A stretch of DNA of 64,000 nucleotides from Bacteroidota bacterium (GCA_038110465.1 JAYNJU010000001.1:215544-279543), one strand, 5' to 3'; shown: positions 29,496 to 42,967, counted from the stretch's first letter. The notes: a model not told the origin generated them from the letters alone. Program-made: numbers and translations.

Positions 29496-30923
29496 CTAGT
29501 TGGACAGTTTCTGATTGAGATCTTCAACGTATTTTCTAAATTGCTTATCTGTAAAGCTAAGATTATCAACTGTCTTGCATGCATGAAGGACAGTTGCATG
29601 GTCTCTTCTTCCAATTTGTGAGCCTATACTAGCAAGGGATGCTTTAGTGAACTTTTTAGCAAAATACATTGCAATCTGTCTAGCCTGGACAATATGTCTT
29701 TTTCTAGTTTTAGACTGAAGTGTTTGAATATCCATCTGAAAGTAATCAGAGACAACTTTTTGGATATAATCAATTGACACCTCTCTTCTATTATTCTTGA
29801 CAAATTTATTTACAACTTCTTTAGCAAGTTCAACTGATATTTCAGCCTTGTTAAATGAAGACTGAGCAATTAAAGAGATAATTGCACCTTCAAGCTCTCT
29901 AACATTTGAATTAATGTTTTTGGCAACAAACTCAATAACTTCATTTTGTATCTCAACTCCGTCTCTAAATAATTTATTCTTTAAAATTGAAACTCTAGTT
30001 TCAAAATTTGGTGTTTGTAATTCTGCAGATAAGCCCCATTTAAACCTTGATAAAAGTCTTTGCTCTATATCTTGCATATCGATAGGAGCTTTATCAGATG
30101 TTAGAATAACTTGTTTACCATTCTGATGGAGATGATTAAATATATGAAAGAACACATCTTGTGTTCCTGATTTTCCTGACAAAAATTGAACATCATCAAC
30201 TATCAAAACATCAATTAGCTGGTAAAAATGAATAAAATCATTTCTAGTATTTTTCTTAACAGAATCTACATATTGTTGAGTAAACTTTTCAGCTGAAATA
30301 TATAACACAGTTTTGTCTGGATATTTCTGTTTAACATCAACTCCAATTGCATGAGCAAGGTGAGTTTTCCCAAGCCCTACACCTCCATATATTAGTAAAG
30401 GATTAAAAGATGTGCCTCCTGGTTTATTTGATACAGCTATACCAGCCGATCTTGCTAACCTATTTGAGTCACCCTCTAGAAAATTTTCAAATGTATAATT
30501 TGGATTAAGCTGTGATTCAATCTCTAAATTTCTAATTCCAGGAATAACAAAAGGATTCTTTAGTTCACTTGCAAAAGTGCTAAAAGGAGATTCTATAGAT
30601 TGAGTTTTAACACTTGAACTAGATGAGCTCGGAATACTTTCTGTAAAAGGCACTTTATTTCCATAAGTATTCTCCATTTTAATTATATAAATTAATCTAG
30701 CTTTTGTTCCTAATTCTTTTGTTAATGCAATCCTCAAAATTTTTACATAATGTTCTTCTAGCCACTCATAAAAAAATTTACTTGGAACTTGAATACTTAA
30801 AACCTCTTCAGATAATTTAACAGGTATAATTGGCTCAAACCAAGTTTTATATGCTTGAGGTTGTATATTATCTTTAATAAAATTTAGACAGTTATTCCAG
30901 ACAGATGTTGAGGTTTGACTCAT
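29496..30923 (-). CDS. dnaA: Chromosomal replication initiator protein DnaA
   Basis: 475 aa with Walker A GGVGLGKTHL, an AAA+ core and a C-terminal DNA-binding signature (IGRRDHATVLHA). Confidence 0.97.
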   Translation of the reverse strand: MSQTSTSVWNNCLNFIKDNIQPQAYKTWFEPIIPVKLSEEVLSIQVPSKFFYEWLEEHYVKILRIALTKELGTKARLIYIIKMENTYGNKVPFTESIPSSSSSSVKTQSIESPFSTFASELKNPFVIPGIRNLEIESQLNPNYTFENFLEGDSNRLARSAGIAVSNKPGGTSFNPLLIYGGVGLGKTHLAHAIGVDVKQKYPDKTVLYISAEKFTQQYVDSVKKNTRNDFIHFYQLIDVLIVDDVQFLSGKSGTQDVFFHIFNHLHQNGKQVILTSDKAPIDMQDIEQRLLSRFKWGLSAELQTPNFETRVSILKNKLFRDGVEIQNEVIEFVAKNINSNVRELEGAIISLIAQSSFNKAEISVELAKEVVNKFVKNNRREVSIDYIQKVVSDYFQMDIQTLQSKTRKRHIVQARQIAMYFAKKFTKASLASIGSQIGRRDHATVLHACKTVDNLSFTDKQFRKYVEDLNQKLSN

Positions 30924-31111
30924 AGTTTAATTGACTAGATGTTATTTGAATATCTTTATAATTAAATTGAATTTGATTGAAAACAAATATTACTTAAAAA
31001 AAGTGAAAAAAAAATAACAATGACTATTGATTTTTAATTTTTTTTTATTTAAAATCACTCTTTTAAAAATTGTAAGAAAAAAAATTTTTTCTTTCAAAAA
31101 AGTGTATTAAA
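30924..31111. other. Very AT-rich 188-bp divergent intergenic region next to dnaA; candidate DNA-unwinding/origin-associated region (weak)
   Basis: Long A and T tracts, and its position at the point where the dominant gene orientation flips. No DnaA-box consensus (TTATCCACA) was found by eye. Confidence 0.25.
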
Positions 31112-31504
31112 ATGGTATATGAAACTAAGATAACGAAAGTCAGGTATTATGAAACTGATAAAATGGGAATTGTTCATCATAGTAATTATTTGAAATTTTT
31201 TGAATTAGCAAGAATTGAATGGTTGGAAAAATTAAAAATGCCCTATGAGAAAATTGAAAAAAATAACATAATACTTCCAGTCTATAAATGTGATTTAAAA
31301 TTTTTAAAACCTTTAGTTTTTGGAGATTCATTTTATGTAAAAGTTGAATGTGTTAAAGAACCAACTTCTACGATTGAATTTCACTATGAGATTTTTAATC
31401 AAAATAATATTAAGACTACTGAAGGATATACAATTTTAGCTTTTTTGGACTCAATGTCAATGAAACCTCTCAGATGTCCATCATTTATTAAAAAATTATT
31501 TTAA
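31112..31504 (+). CDS. YbgC/4HBT-family acyl-CoA thioesterase (hotdog fold)
   Basis: 130 aa. VRYYETDKMGIVHHSNYLKFFELARIEWL is typical of the 4HBT class. Confidence 0.85.
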   Translation: MVYETKITKVRYYETDKMGIVHHSNYLKFFELARIEWLEKLKMPYEKIEKNNIILPVYKCDLKFLKPLVFGDSFYVKVECVKEPTSTIEFHYEIFNQNNIKTTEGYTILAFLDSMSMKPLRCPSFIKKLF

Positions 31505-32535
31505 AATCTATATTTTTCGTAAAGAATATCGTTTCCTACTAATTTGGTATCAAATTCATCTAAACTAATTTTAGGACTTTTAATTCCTTTTTTTAGATTA
31601 CTTTGAGATTTAAATACTCTAATACCATCCCATAAATCATGTTTTAAAAATTCATTAATTGTTTTTGTTCCACCCTCTACTAAAATAGATTGAATATTTA
31701 TATCGTATAAGAAAGATAATATTTTATCAAGGTTGAAATCAGAAATAACTTTTGAATAGTTACCTATTTCTGTATTTAAATTTTTAGATATCACAATAGT
31801 TTCACCTTCTTCTTTGAATAATATTGACTTTTTAGGTATTCTTCCATTTGGATCTAAAATTATTCTGATTGGATTTTTTCCAATATCAAGTCTTGTAGTA
31901 AGTTTTGGATTATCATCTATTACTGTTTGGACACCAACTAGTATAGAATGTTCTTCCTTTCTGAATGAATGTGATAACTTTTTTGAATCATTTGATGAAA
32001 TCCAATAATTTTCCTTTTTTTCATTTTGTAAGAATGGACTTATATAGTTATCTTTTGATTCAGCCCATTTAAGTGTAATGTATGGACGTTTTGATTCATG
32101 AAATTTGTAAAATCTTTTATTTAGATCTTTACATTCCTTTTCAAGAATTCCATATTCTACTTTTACTCCATTCATAATCAAAAAGTCAATTCCACCACCT
32201 TTAACTTTGTCATTAGGATCTCTTGATCCGATAATAACTTTTTTAATATCATTTTCTATTATTATTTCTGAGCAAGGTGGAGTTTTACCATGATGATTAC
32301 ATGGTTCAAGGTTTACATAAAGCGTAGAATCTTTTAATAAACTTTTATTAATTACATTATTTATAGCATCTATTTCTGCATGATCATGACCATATTTTTT
32401 ATGAGATCCCTCACTAATAATTTCATTATTATAAACAATAACACATCCTACTAGAGGATTTGGATAAGTATTTCCAATCTCTTTGGAGGCAATCTCTATA
32501 CATCTTCTCATGTATTTAATATGATTATAATTCAT
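31501..32535 (-). CDS. ribD: Bifunctional riboflavin biosynthesis protein RibD (pyrimidine deaminase / uracil reductase)
   Basis: 344 aa with deaminase zinc motifs HAEIDA and PCNHHGKTPPC, followed by a RibD C-terminal reductase domain. Confidence 0.95.
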   Translation of the reverse strand: MNYNHIKYMRRCIEIASKEIGNTYPNPLVGCVIVYNNEIISEGSHKKYGHDHAEIDAINNVINKSLLKDSTLYVNLEPCNHHGKTPPCSEIIIENDIKKVIIGSRDPNDKVKGGGIDFLIMNGVKVEYGILEKECKDLNKRFYKFHESKRPYITLKWAESKDNYISPFLQNEKKENYWISSNDSKKLSHSFRKEEHSILVGVQTVIDDNPKLTTRLDIGKNPIRIILDPNGRIPKKSILFKEEGETIVISKNLNTEIGNYSKVISDFNLDKILSFLYDINIQSILVEGGTKTINEFLKHDLWDGIRVFKSQSNLKKGIKSPKISLDEFDTKLVGNDILYEKYRF

Positions 32536-32576
32536 CTCTAAAATTAGAATTGTAAATTTAAGTTAAAAAGGTAATT

Positions 32577-33052
32577 ATGCTAATAAGAAAAATTAGTAAA
32601 AAAGATAATAATAGCCTTTCTTTAGTTCTAAGAGAAGTATTAGTTGAGATGAATATACCAAGAGTAGGTTCTGCTTATGAAGATCCCGAACTTGATAATA
32701 TGTTTGAAGCATACCAATCAAATAGATCTATATACTATGTTATTGAGGATAATAAAAAAATACTTGGAGGAGCTGGTATAAATCCTTTACAAGGAGGTAA
32801 TAAAAATATTTGCGAACTTCAAAAAATGTATTTTCACAATTCAATGAGAGGAAAAGGATATGGTTCAACCATGATTGATTTGTGCCTAGATTTTGCTCGT
32901 AAAGTAAAATTTGAAAAATGCTACATTGAAACAATGCCAAATATGATAGATGCGCAAAAGCTATATTTAAAAAAGGGTTTTAGTTATATAGATAAACCAT
33001 TGGGAAATACAGGACATAGCGCATGCCCAGTTTGGATGATAAAAAAACTTTG

Positions 33053-33053
<1 letters not shown>
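32577..33053 (+). CDS. GNAT-family N-acetyltransferase
   Basis: 158 aa with an MRGKGYGS acetyl-CoA loop. Confidence 0.8.
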
Positions 33054-35888
<2,835 letters not shown>

Positions 35889-35919
35889 ACTTATATTAAA
35901 TTTGCCAAGTTGTATTAAT

Positions 35920-36702
35920 ATGTTTAAGTCTTTAAATATTATCGCATTATCATTTTTAATTATTTCATGCAATGATTATCAAAAGTTACTTAATAGCAGC
36001 GAAAGTGAAGTTGATAAATATACTGCCGCTGAAACATATTACAACAATGGTGAATATAGAAGAGCTAATTCTTTAATTGAACAGATAATACCTAGTTATC
36101 GTGGTAAACCTCAAGGTGAAAGATTAGTCTATTTCTTTGCAAATTCATATTTTGAAACCAAGCTATATTATTCTGCTGCTACCCAATTTGAAAATTTCAT
36201 AAAATCATATCCAAATAGTCAAAGAATTCAAGAAGCTTATTTTATGGAAGCAAAATCATACTATATGCTTTCTCCACTTTATACTTTAGATCAGGAAGAT
36301 ACATACACTGGTATTGATAAGTTTCAAATCTTCATAAATAGATTTCCAAATAGTATATATGTAGCAGAAGCTATTGAATTAATTGATGAGCTTCAAAATA
36401 AACTAGAAAAAAAAGATTTTGAAATTGCAAAACAATATTACACTATAAGAGATTACAATTCAGCTATTAAATCAATTGATAATTTTATTGCTGATAATCC
36501 AGGAACTATCTTTCGAGAAGAAGCTTTATATTATAGATGGTTGTCACAATATGAAATTGCAATTAATAGTATAGAATCTAGAATACCAGAGAGAGTTACC
36601 GAACTTGAAAGATCTTTAGATAATTTTCTGAATTATTATCCAGAAACTATTTTCATTGAAGATTTATCAAAAAAAATTAATATTGCAAAACAACTATTAT
36701 AG
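35920..36702 (+). CDS. bamD: Outer membrane protein assembly factor BamD (TPR lipoprotein)
   Basis: The conserved start is MFKSLNIIALSFLIISC, with a lipobox Cys. It has TPR-like repeats and the usual position upstream of rpoZ-coaBC. The track start at 35902 is a TTG extension. Confidence 0.85.
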   Translation: MFKSLNIIALSFLIISCNDYQKLLNSSESEVDKYTAAETYYNNGEYRRANSLIEQIIPSYRGKPQGERLVYFFANSYFETKLYYSAATQFENFIKSYPNSQRIQEAYFMEAKSYYMLSPLYTLDQEDTYTGIDKFQIFINRFPNSIYVAEAIELIDELQNKLEKKDFEIAKQYYTIRDYNSAIKSIDNFIADNPGTIFREEALYYRWLSQYEIAINSIESRIPERVTELERSLDNFLNYYPETIFIEDLSKKINIAKQLL

Positions 36703-36707
36703 AAATT

Positions 36708-37040
36708 ATGAATAAATATAGAAACACAAATGCTACCAATTCTACTAAAACCTACAACAAGCTTGAAATAGAGGATCAAACTAACAATATTTATGAAGCT
36801 ATTTCAATTATTGCTAAAAGATCAGCTCAAATTAATTCAGAAATTAAAAAAGAACTTCATGATAAACTTGACGAGTTTGCTACTCATAATGACAGTTTGG
36901 AAGAAATTTTTGAAAATAAAGAACAAATCGAGGTTTCAAAGTTTTATGAAAAATTACCAAAACCATATGCAATAGCAGTTCAGGAATGGCTCGATGATAA
37001 GATATATTATAGAGATACTGAAGCTGAAACTGAAGAGTAA
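36708..37040 (+). CDS. rpoZ: DNA-directed RNA polymerase subunit omega (Bacteroidota long form)
   Basis: 110 aa with an NIYEAISIIAKRSAQIN core resembling omega, in bamD-rpoZ-coaBC synteny. Confidence 0.75.
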   Translation: MNKYRNTNATNSTKTYNKLEIEDQTNNIYEAISIIAKRSAQINSEIKKELHDKLDEFATHNDSLEEIFENKEQIEVSKFYEKLPKPYAIAVQEWLDDKIYYRDTEAETEE

Positions 37041-37050
37041 ATTATAATTG

Positions 37051-38274
37051 ATGAGTGTTTTAGCTCAAAAAAATATTCTTGTTGGAGTTAGTGGTGGCAT
37101 AGCAGCATATAAGATCCCTATTTTAGTAAGACTTCTTGTTAAGCTTGATTGTAAAATTAAAGTAGTGATGACACCTTCTTCTAAAGAATTTGTCACACCT
37201 CTTACTTTATCCACTTTAAGTAAAAATCCAGTTTATTCTGAATTTACTTCAAAAAAAGATGGTAATCCCACTTGGAATAATCATGTTGATCTTTCAGAAT
37301 GGGCTGATATCTTCATAATAGCTCCTGCAACATCTAACACTCTTTCGTCTATGGCTCATGCAAAATGTGATAATTTACTTTTGGCATGTTTTTTATCATC
37401 TAAGTGTCCAATTTTCATTGCACCTGCAATGGACTTAGAAATGTATAAAAATGAATTAAACCAATCAAATATCAAAAAGCTAGAATCAAATAAAAATATT
37501 TCTATTTTACCAGTTGGAAAAGGTCCATTAGCCAGTGGTCTTGAAGGGGAGGGGAGAATGTTAGAACCCTTTGAAATAATTGAATATGTTGAAAATATTT
37601 ATAAAAAAAGTCTTCCTTTTAATGGACTTAATTTTCTAGTAAGTGCAGGACCTACTTATGAACAAATTGATCCTGTAAGATTTTTAGGTAATAATTCATC
37701 TGGAAAAATGGGTTGTTATATTGCTAGAAATGCAGTTAAACTTGGTGCTAATGTAAAATTAGTATTGGGTCCAACTAGCTTAAATATGAATTTAACAGGT
37801 GTAGAGGTTTTTAAAGTTCACAACTCAAATGAAATGTTTGAAAAAATGAAGTCCAATTTTTTGATTTCAGATGTTGTTATTTGTTCAGCAGCAGTTTCTG
37901 ATTTTAAACCTGTATTTAATAAAACTGAAAAAATAAAGAAGGATTCAGGTTTTAAATCATTAGATTTAGAACCTACAGTTGATATTTTAAAGGAGCTAGG
38001 TAAATTGAAAAAAAATCAATTCCTCGTAGGATTTGCCCTTGAAACAAGTGATGCAATAAAGAATGCTACTATTAAAATAAAATCAAAAAATTTAGATGCT
38101 ATAATAGTTAATAAAATTGAAGATTTTAACCCAATTTCTAGTAACTATAATCAAATTGATTTCATAAATTCAAAAAATGAAATTACATCTTTTGAAAAAA
38201 AGCATAAGTCAGAGGTATCAACTGACATATTAAATACAATAAAAAAATATGTTAAAAAAAATAAGGATAAGTAA
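37051..38274 (+). CDS. coaBC: Bifunctional phosphopantothenoylcysteine decarboxylase / phosphopantothenate--cysteine ligase
   Basis: N-terminal flavoprotein domain (ILVGVSGGIAAYK) and CoaB domain (RFLGNNSSGKMG). The ATG at 37051 is preferred over the TTG at 37048. Confidence 0.95.
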   Translation: MSVLAQKNILVGVSGGIAAYKIPILVRLLVKLDCKIKVVMTPSSKEFVTPLTLSTLSKNPVYSEFTSKKDGNPTWNNHVDLSEWADIFIIAPATSNTLSSMAHAKCDNLLLACFLSSKCPIFIAPAMDLEMYKNELNQSNIKKLESNKNISILPVGKGPLASGLEGEGRMLEPFEIIEYVENIYKKSLPFNGLNFLVSAGPTYEQIDPVRFLGNNSSGKMGCYIARNAVKLGANVKLVLGPTSLNMNLTGVEVFKVHNSNEMFEKMKSNFLISDVVICSAAVSDFKPVFNKTEKIKKDSGFKSLDLEPTVDILKELGKLKKNQFLVGFALETSDAIKNATIKIKSKNLDAIIVNKIEDFNPISSNYNQIDFINSKNEITSFEKKHKSEVSTDILNTIKKYVKKNKDK

Positions 38275-39901
38275 TTATGCTCTTATTGAAGATTTAGAGA
38301 TAACTTTTAATGATGGAATGACATCTATTACTGGAGAAACTGGTGCTGGAAAATCTATTATTCTTGGAGGATTATCTTTAGTTTTAGGTTCAAGAGTTGA
38401 CAATTCGAAAATAATTAATAAAGAAAATAAATGTTTTGTTGAAGCTATTTTTGATATCTCTGATCATAATTTGGAATCTTTTTTTACTAAAAACGACCTT
38501 GATTTTGATGATCAAACAATTTTAAGGAGAGAGATTAGTCCTCTTGGTAAATCAAGAGCTTTTATAAATGACACACCAGTTAAAATTGAATTACTATCTA
38601 GGCTTACCAAAAATCTAATAGATATTCACTCACAATTTGATAATCTTGAAATTTTAAATTCAAAATTTATTTTTTTGATTCTTGATTCAATTTCTGGAAT
38701 TTCTGATTTATCAAATAATTTCATGAAAAAATTCAAATTATTTCAATCTATTGAAAATAAAATTGAGGAAAAATTGATTTTAAAGAAAAAATTAGATTCA
38801 GATCAAGAATATAATAAATATTTGCTAGAAGAATTTAATAACCTACAAATTGAGAAATTAAACTTAACTGAACTCGAAACTAAAGTTAAAGAGGCTGAGA
38901 ATTTAGATTTAATTAAAGAGACTTTATCGTTGATTAACAATGAATTTAATACTGAGCAAATTGGAATAATAGATAAACTATCCTCAATAGTTAGAAGTTT
39001 GAATAAAATTTCAAATTCTTCAGATAGATTAGAAAAGTTAAGTGATAAATTAAATTCAATTTTAGAAAATATTAATGAAGTCATTTCAGATTCTGAATCT
39101 ATTTATGTTGACATCAATTTATCTGATGAAAATATAGTTGATTTAACTGAGGACTTGGAAAAAATAAACACTTTGTTCAATAAACATAGAGTCAATTCTT
39201 TAGAAGAACTTATAGAAATCAAAGAGTACCTTTTAAAAAATATAAATGACCAAGATTCAATTGAAAGTGAAATATCATTACTTAAAAAAGAAAAAGAAAA
39301 AATGTTAATGGATCTAACATCTGAGGCTAATATTATTCATGAAAAAAGAAAAAATGTTAAAGTTGAATTTGAGGATCTACTAAATAATAGTTTGTTAGAT
39401 CTTGGTATGAATAACTCAGAATTAAAGATCAATCTTGAAAGAACTGAAAATCTTCAAAAACATGGATTTAGCATTGGAAAGTTTCTACTAAAGTCAAGTA
39501 AGAATAATGAATACAGTGATTTAAGAGAAATAGCTTCAGGAGGGGAAATATCTAGAGTAATGCTAGCTATTAAATCAATTCTTTCAAAGCACACTAAACT
39601 TTCATCAATTATTTTTGATGAAATTGATACTGGTATATCTGGATCTATATCCTCTAAGGTAGGAGACTTGATGTATAAGATGTCAAAAAAAATGCAAGTA
39701 ATTGTTATTACTCATACCGCTCAAGTTGCCTCTAAAGGAGATTTTCATTTCAAAGTGTTTAAAAAAGAATTTAACAATAGGGTTATCACTGATGTTAAAA
39801 TTCTAAATGATAAAGAAAGGGTAAATGAAATTGCTGAAATGTTATCAGGAGATAAGCTAAACAAATCAGCAAATGAGCTTGCTAATGAGTTGTTGAATTA
39901 A
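38249..39901 (+). CDS. recN: DNA repair protein RecN
   Basis: 550 aa SMC-like protein with Walker A GETGAGKS, a long coiled coil, ABC signature SGGEISR and Walker B IFDEIDTG. Confidence 0.95.
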   Translation: MLKKIRISNYALIEDLEITFNDGMTSITGETGAGKSIILGGLSLVLGSRVDNSKIINKENKCFVEAIFDISDHNLESFFTKNDLDFDDQTILRREISPLGKSRAFINDTPVKIELLSRLTKNLIDIHSQFDNLEILNSKFIFLILDSISGISDLSNNFMKKFKLFQSIENKIEEKLILKKKLDSDQEYNKYLLEEFNNLQIEKLNLTELETKVKEAENLDLIKETLSLINNEFNTEQIGIIDKLSSIVRSLNKISNSSDRLEKLSDKLNSILENINEVISDSESIYVDINLSDENIVDLTEDLEKINTLFNKHRVNSLEELIEIKEYLLKNINDQDSIESEISLLKKEKEKMLMDLTSEANIIHEKRKNVKVEFEDLLNNSLLDLGMNNSELKINLERTENLQKHGFSIGKFLLKSSKNNEYSDLREIASGGEISRVMLAIKSILSKHTKLSSIIFDEIDTGISGSISSKVGDLMYKMSKKMQVIVITHTAQVASKGDFHFKVFKKEFNNRVITDVKILNDKERVNEIAEMLSGDKLNKSANELANELLN

Positions 39902-39918
39902 ACTATATTTACAAAACT

Positions 39919-40731
39919 ATGGCTAACAATATTTTAAAGGGAAAAAAAGGTATAATCTTCGGTGCTCTAGATAATAGCTCTATTGCATGGAAAACTGCAG
40001 AAAAAATATATAATGAAGGTGGTGAATTTATTCTTACAAATGCTCCAGTTTCTATTAGAATGGGTGAAATTAATAAACTTGCAATAAAGACAAACTCTGA
40101 TGTAATTGCTGCCGATGCAACAAATCTAGATGATTTAGAAAATTTAATAAATTCAGCAAAACAAAAATTTAGTGGAAAATTAGATTTTGTTCTACACTCA
40201 ATAGGAATGTCTGTGAATGTTAGAAAAGGTAAGCACTATACTGATCTTAATTATGATTGGTTGACAAAAGGTTGGGACGTATCAGCAGTATCTTTTCATA
40301 AGCTAATGCAGATATTATACAAACAAGATGCTATGAATGAATGGGGTAGTATAGTAGCTTTAACATATATTGCTGCTCAAAGAACTTTTCCAAACTATAA
40401 TGATATGGCTGACAATAAAGCTTACCTTGAGTCTATTGCAAGAAGTTTTGGTTATTTTTTTGGAAAAGAAAAAAATGTAAGAGTAAATACTATATCTCAA
40501 TCTCCAACATTAACTACCGCCGGAAAAGGAGTTAAAGGTCTTGAAGGTTTTTTGAAATATGCTGATCTAACTTCTCCACTTGGAAATGCAACAGCAGATG
40601 ATTGCGCTGATTTAACAGTTGCTTTATTTTCAGATTATACAAAAAGGGTCACGCTTCAAAATATCTATAATGATGGAGGTTTTTCAAATGTAGGTGTGAG
40701 TCAAGAAATTATTGACAAGCTTGATTCTTGA
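39919..40731 (+). CDS. fabI: Enoyl-[acyl-carrier-protein] reductase (NADH), FabI type
   Basis: 270 aa SDR-like FabI with a GKKGIIFGALDNSSIAW N-terminus and a Y-x6-K region (YNDMADNKAYLES). Confidence 0.9.
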   Translation: MANNILKGKKGIIFGALDNSSIAWKTAEKIYNEGGEFILTNAPVSIRMGEINKLAIKTNSDVIAADATNLDDLENLINSAKQKFSGKLDFVLHSIGMSVNVRKGKHYTDLNYDWLTKGWDVSAVSFHKLMQILYKQDAMNEWGSIVALTYIAAQRTFPNYNDMADNKAYLESIARSFGYFFGKEKNVRVNTISQSPTLTTAGKGVKGLEGFLKYADLTSPLGNATADDCADLTVALFSDYTKRVTLQNIYNDGGFSNVGVSQEIIDKLDS

Positions 40732-41318
40732 TGAAAATTATAGGATTAACTGGGGGAATAGGAACTGGAAAATCTACTATTCTAAATCTTTTTAAAAAAC
40801 TAGGAATAAATACTTTTAATGCTGATGAATCAGCCAAACAAATAATTAACACTGATTTAGAAACTATTAAATCAGTTAAAAGAGTTTTTGGAGATAGTAT
40901 TTATGAAAAAGGAGTTCTAAATAAAAAAAAAATATCAAGAATTGTATTTAATAGTTCAGAAAAATTAGCTTTATTAAATTCAATTATTCATCCAAAAGTT
41001 GCAGTAGATTTTAATAAATTTTGTGAAAAGAATAAGAATGACCATTATGTTGTTAAAGAGGCTGCTTTAATTTTTGATACTAATTCTGAAGAGAAATATG
41101 ACAAAATTATTCTTGTTACAGCCCCATTAGAAGAAAGGATTGAAAGGGTGATGAAAAGAGATAAAATAACAAGGGAAAAAGTTTTAAAAAGAATAAAAAG
41201 TCAGCTAGACCATGAAAAACTTAGCCATAAATGTGACTTTGTTATTAACAATTTAAATGAAGCAGGTTTAATTGTATTAGTTAATGAAATTCACAATACA
41301 ATACTTGACTCCATATAA
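40728..41318 (+). CDS. coaE: Dephospho-CoA kinase
   Basis: 196 aa with P-loop GLTGGIGTGKST and typical CoaE length. Confidence 0.9.
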   Translation: MMKIIGLTGGIGTGKSTILNLFKKLGINTFNADESAKQIINTDLETIKSVKRVFGDSIYEKGVLNKKKISRIVFNSSEKLALLNSIIHPKVAVDFNKFCEKNKNDHYVVKEAALIFDTNSEEKYDKIILVTAPLEERIERVMKRDKITREKVLKRIKSQLDHEKLSHKCDFVINNLNEAGLIVLVNEIHNTILDSI

Positions 41319-41374
41319 CATCTTAACATTTCATTAAGAAATTATATTTTTAAAAATTGAGAATTTTATAAATT

Positions 41375-42967
41375 ATGAATAGAAAACTCTACATGTCACT
41401 AGTTCTATTAATGTCATTTTCATTGATAGGAATTATCTTAATGCAGGGTTTCTGGATATATTCCTCATGGCAATATAAAGAAGAAGAGTTTTCTTTAGCT
41501 GTTAATAGAACACTTAGGGAAGTTGTTGATGAAATACAAAGTAGAGAGTTAAATGACTATGTTTCAACTTATCAAATGCTTATTGATTCTATAGGAACAC
41601 CTGAAGATTCAAATTTTACTGATGTATTTTTATTTTTAGATGAAGACCAGTCATCGAATCTTTCAACTTTTTTTGCCTATGGAATATTAGAAGAAGATTA
41701 TAATATAAATTTACCAGATAATTTATCCAATAGATATTCAGATGATGAGGTTAAAGATCTCAAAGCTGTTAAGACTACAATTGTAAATAAAAATATTTTT
41801 GATAGAAGAGAAAATAGATTAAATGCATCTATTTCTAAATTAAAAAGTGTAGAGGATATTGATTTATTCAAGTTTGAAAAATATAGGTCTGCTTTTCAAG
41901 AGTATGCCTCTTCTTTACCTATTCACAAAAGGACTACCTCCAGAGAAATTGAAATTCTACTTCAAAAAGGTTTTGATGAAAGAAACATAATAACTCCATA
42001 TGAATTTGGTATATATAGCAATGGTCTTTCTACAAAAATAAAGTCTAATAATTACCTAGAGGTTCAATCAGGACCTAAATATTCTATTCCATTTTTTCAA
42101 GATAGAACTAGCCCAATAAATTATGATTTAATTGTTTCATTTCCTGAAAAAAAAGAATATGTGCTTTCTAGTATAATAGGGGTTGCTTCTTTATCATTTA
42201 TGTTGACATTAATTGTAGTTATTTTATCAACTAGTGCACTGTATCAAATAATTCAGCAAAAAAAATTATCTGAGATAAAAAGTGATTTTATAAATAATAT
42301 ATCCCATGAGTTCAAAACACCTATAGCTACAATAAATTTAGCATTGGATGCTATCACTAGCTCAAAAAATAATTTATCTGGAAAATCATCTTCATATTTA
42401 AGTATGATTAGAGAGGAAAACTCTAGAATGTTATCTCAAGTAGAAAATATTTTAAGGATTTCACAGTTGGAAAAAAGCTCTAACCCTTTTGATATGGAAA
42501 ATACTAACCTTCATGAAGTTATTGAAGATGCAGTAGAGCATGTAAGGCTCATATTAGAAAGTAATCAAGGTAGTTTAAATATTAGCCTTGAAGCATCAAA
42601 TTATCATATAAATGGAAATAGTAATCATTTAGAGAATATAATTATTAATATTTTGGACAATGCAGTAAAATATTCTAAAAAAAACCCAACTATAAATATT
42701 TCTACAAAAAATATTGATAATGAATTAATTATTTGTTTTGAGGATAATGGAATTGGAATGGATAGAAATACTCAAAAGTTAATTTTTGAAAAATTTTATA
42801 GAGAACAAAATGGTGATATTCATGATATTAAAGGACATGGCCTAGGTCTTTCTTACGTAAAAAAAATTGTTGATTTTCATAAAGGAAAAATTAATCTTGA
42901 GAGTAAAAAAGGAATTGGAACAAAATTTTATTTAAGTTTTAAATATATAAAAGATGAAATCAAATAA
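41375..42967 (+). CDS. Sensor histidine kinase with a large extracytoplasmic domain between two TM helices
   Basis: 530 aa with H-box SHEFKTPI, N box, G1 (DNGIGM) and G2 (GHGLGLS). No HAMP or PAS domain is evident. Confidence 0.9.
   Translation: MNRKLYMSLVLLMSFSLIGIILMQGFWIYSSWQYKEEEFSLAVNRTLREVVDEIQSRELNDYVSTYQMLIDSIGTPEDSNFTDVFLFLDEDQSSNLSTFFAYGILEEDYNINLPDNLSNRYSDDEVKDLKAVKTTIVNKNIFDRRENRLNASISKLKSVEDIDLFKFEKYRSAFQEYASSLPIHKRTTSREIEILLQKGFDERNIITPYEFGIYSNGLSTKIKSNNYLEVQSGPKYSIPFFQDRTSPINYDLIVSFPEKKEYVLSSIIGVASLSFMLTLIVVILSTSALYQIIQQKKLSEIKSDFINNISHEFKTPIATINLALDAITSSKNNLSGKSSSYLSMIREENSRMLSQVENILRISQLEKSSNPFDMENTNLHEVIEDAVEHVRLILESNQGSLNISLEASNYHINGNSNHLENIIINILDNAVKYSKKNPTINISTKNIDNELIICFEDNGIGMDRNTQKLIFEKFYREQNGDIHDIKGHGLGLSYVKKIVDFHKGKINLESKKGIGTKFYLSFKYIKDEIK

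Noticed and set aside
30924-31111. Search for DnaA boxes (TTATCCACA / TGTGGATAA) next to dnaA
   Set aside because: No match with two or fewer mismatches was seen by eye in this spacer or in 27889..27963. The origin call is therefore kept only as a weak, orientation-based inference and not annotated as oriC.
36793-36975. 60-aa same-strand alternative-frame ORF inside rpoZ (and 46525..46731 inside msrB, 49113..49409 and 50461..50763 antisense to lon)
   Set aside because: They are embedded in genes with clear homology-style motifs, and nothing indicates dual coding.
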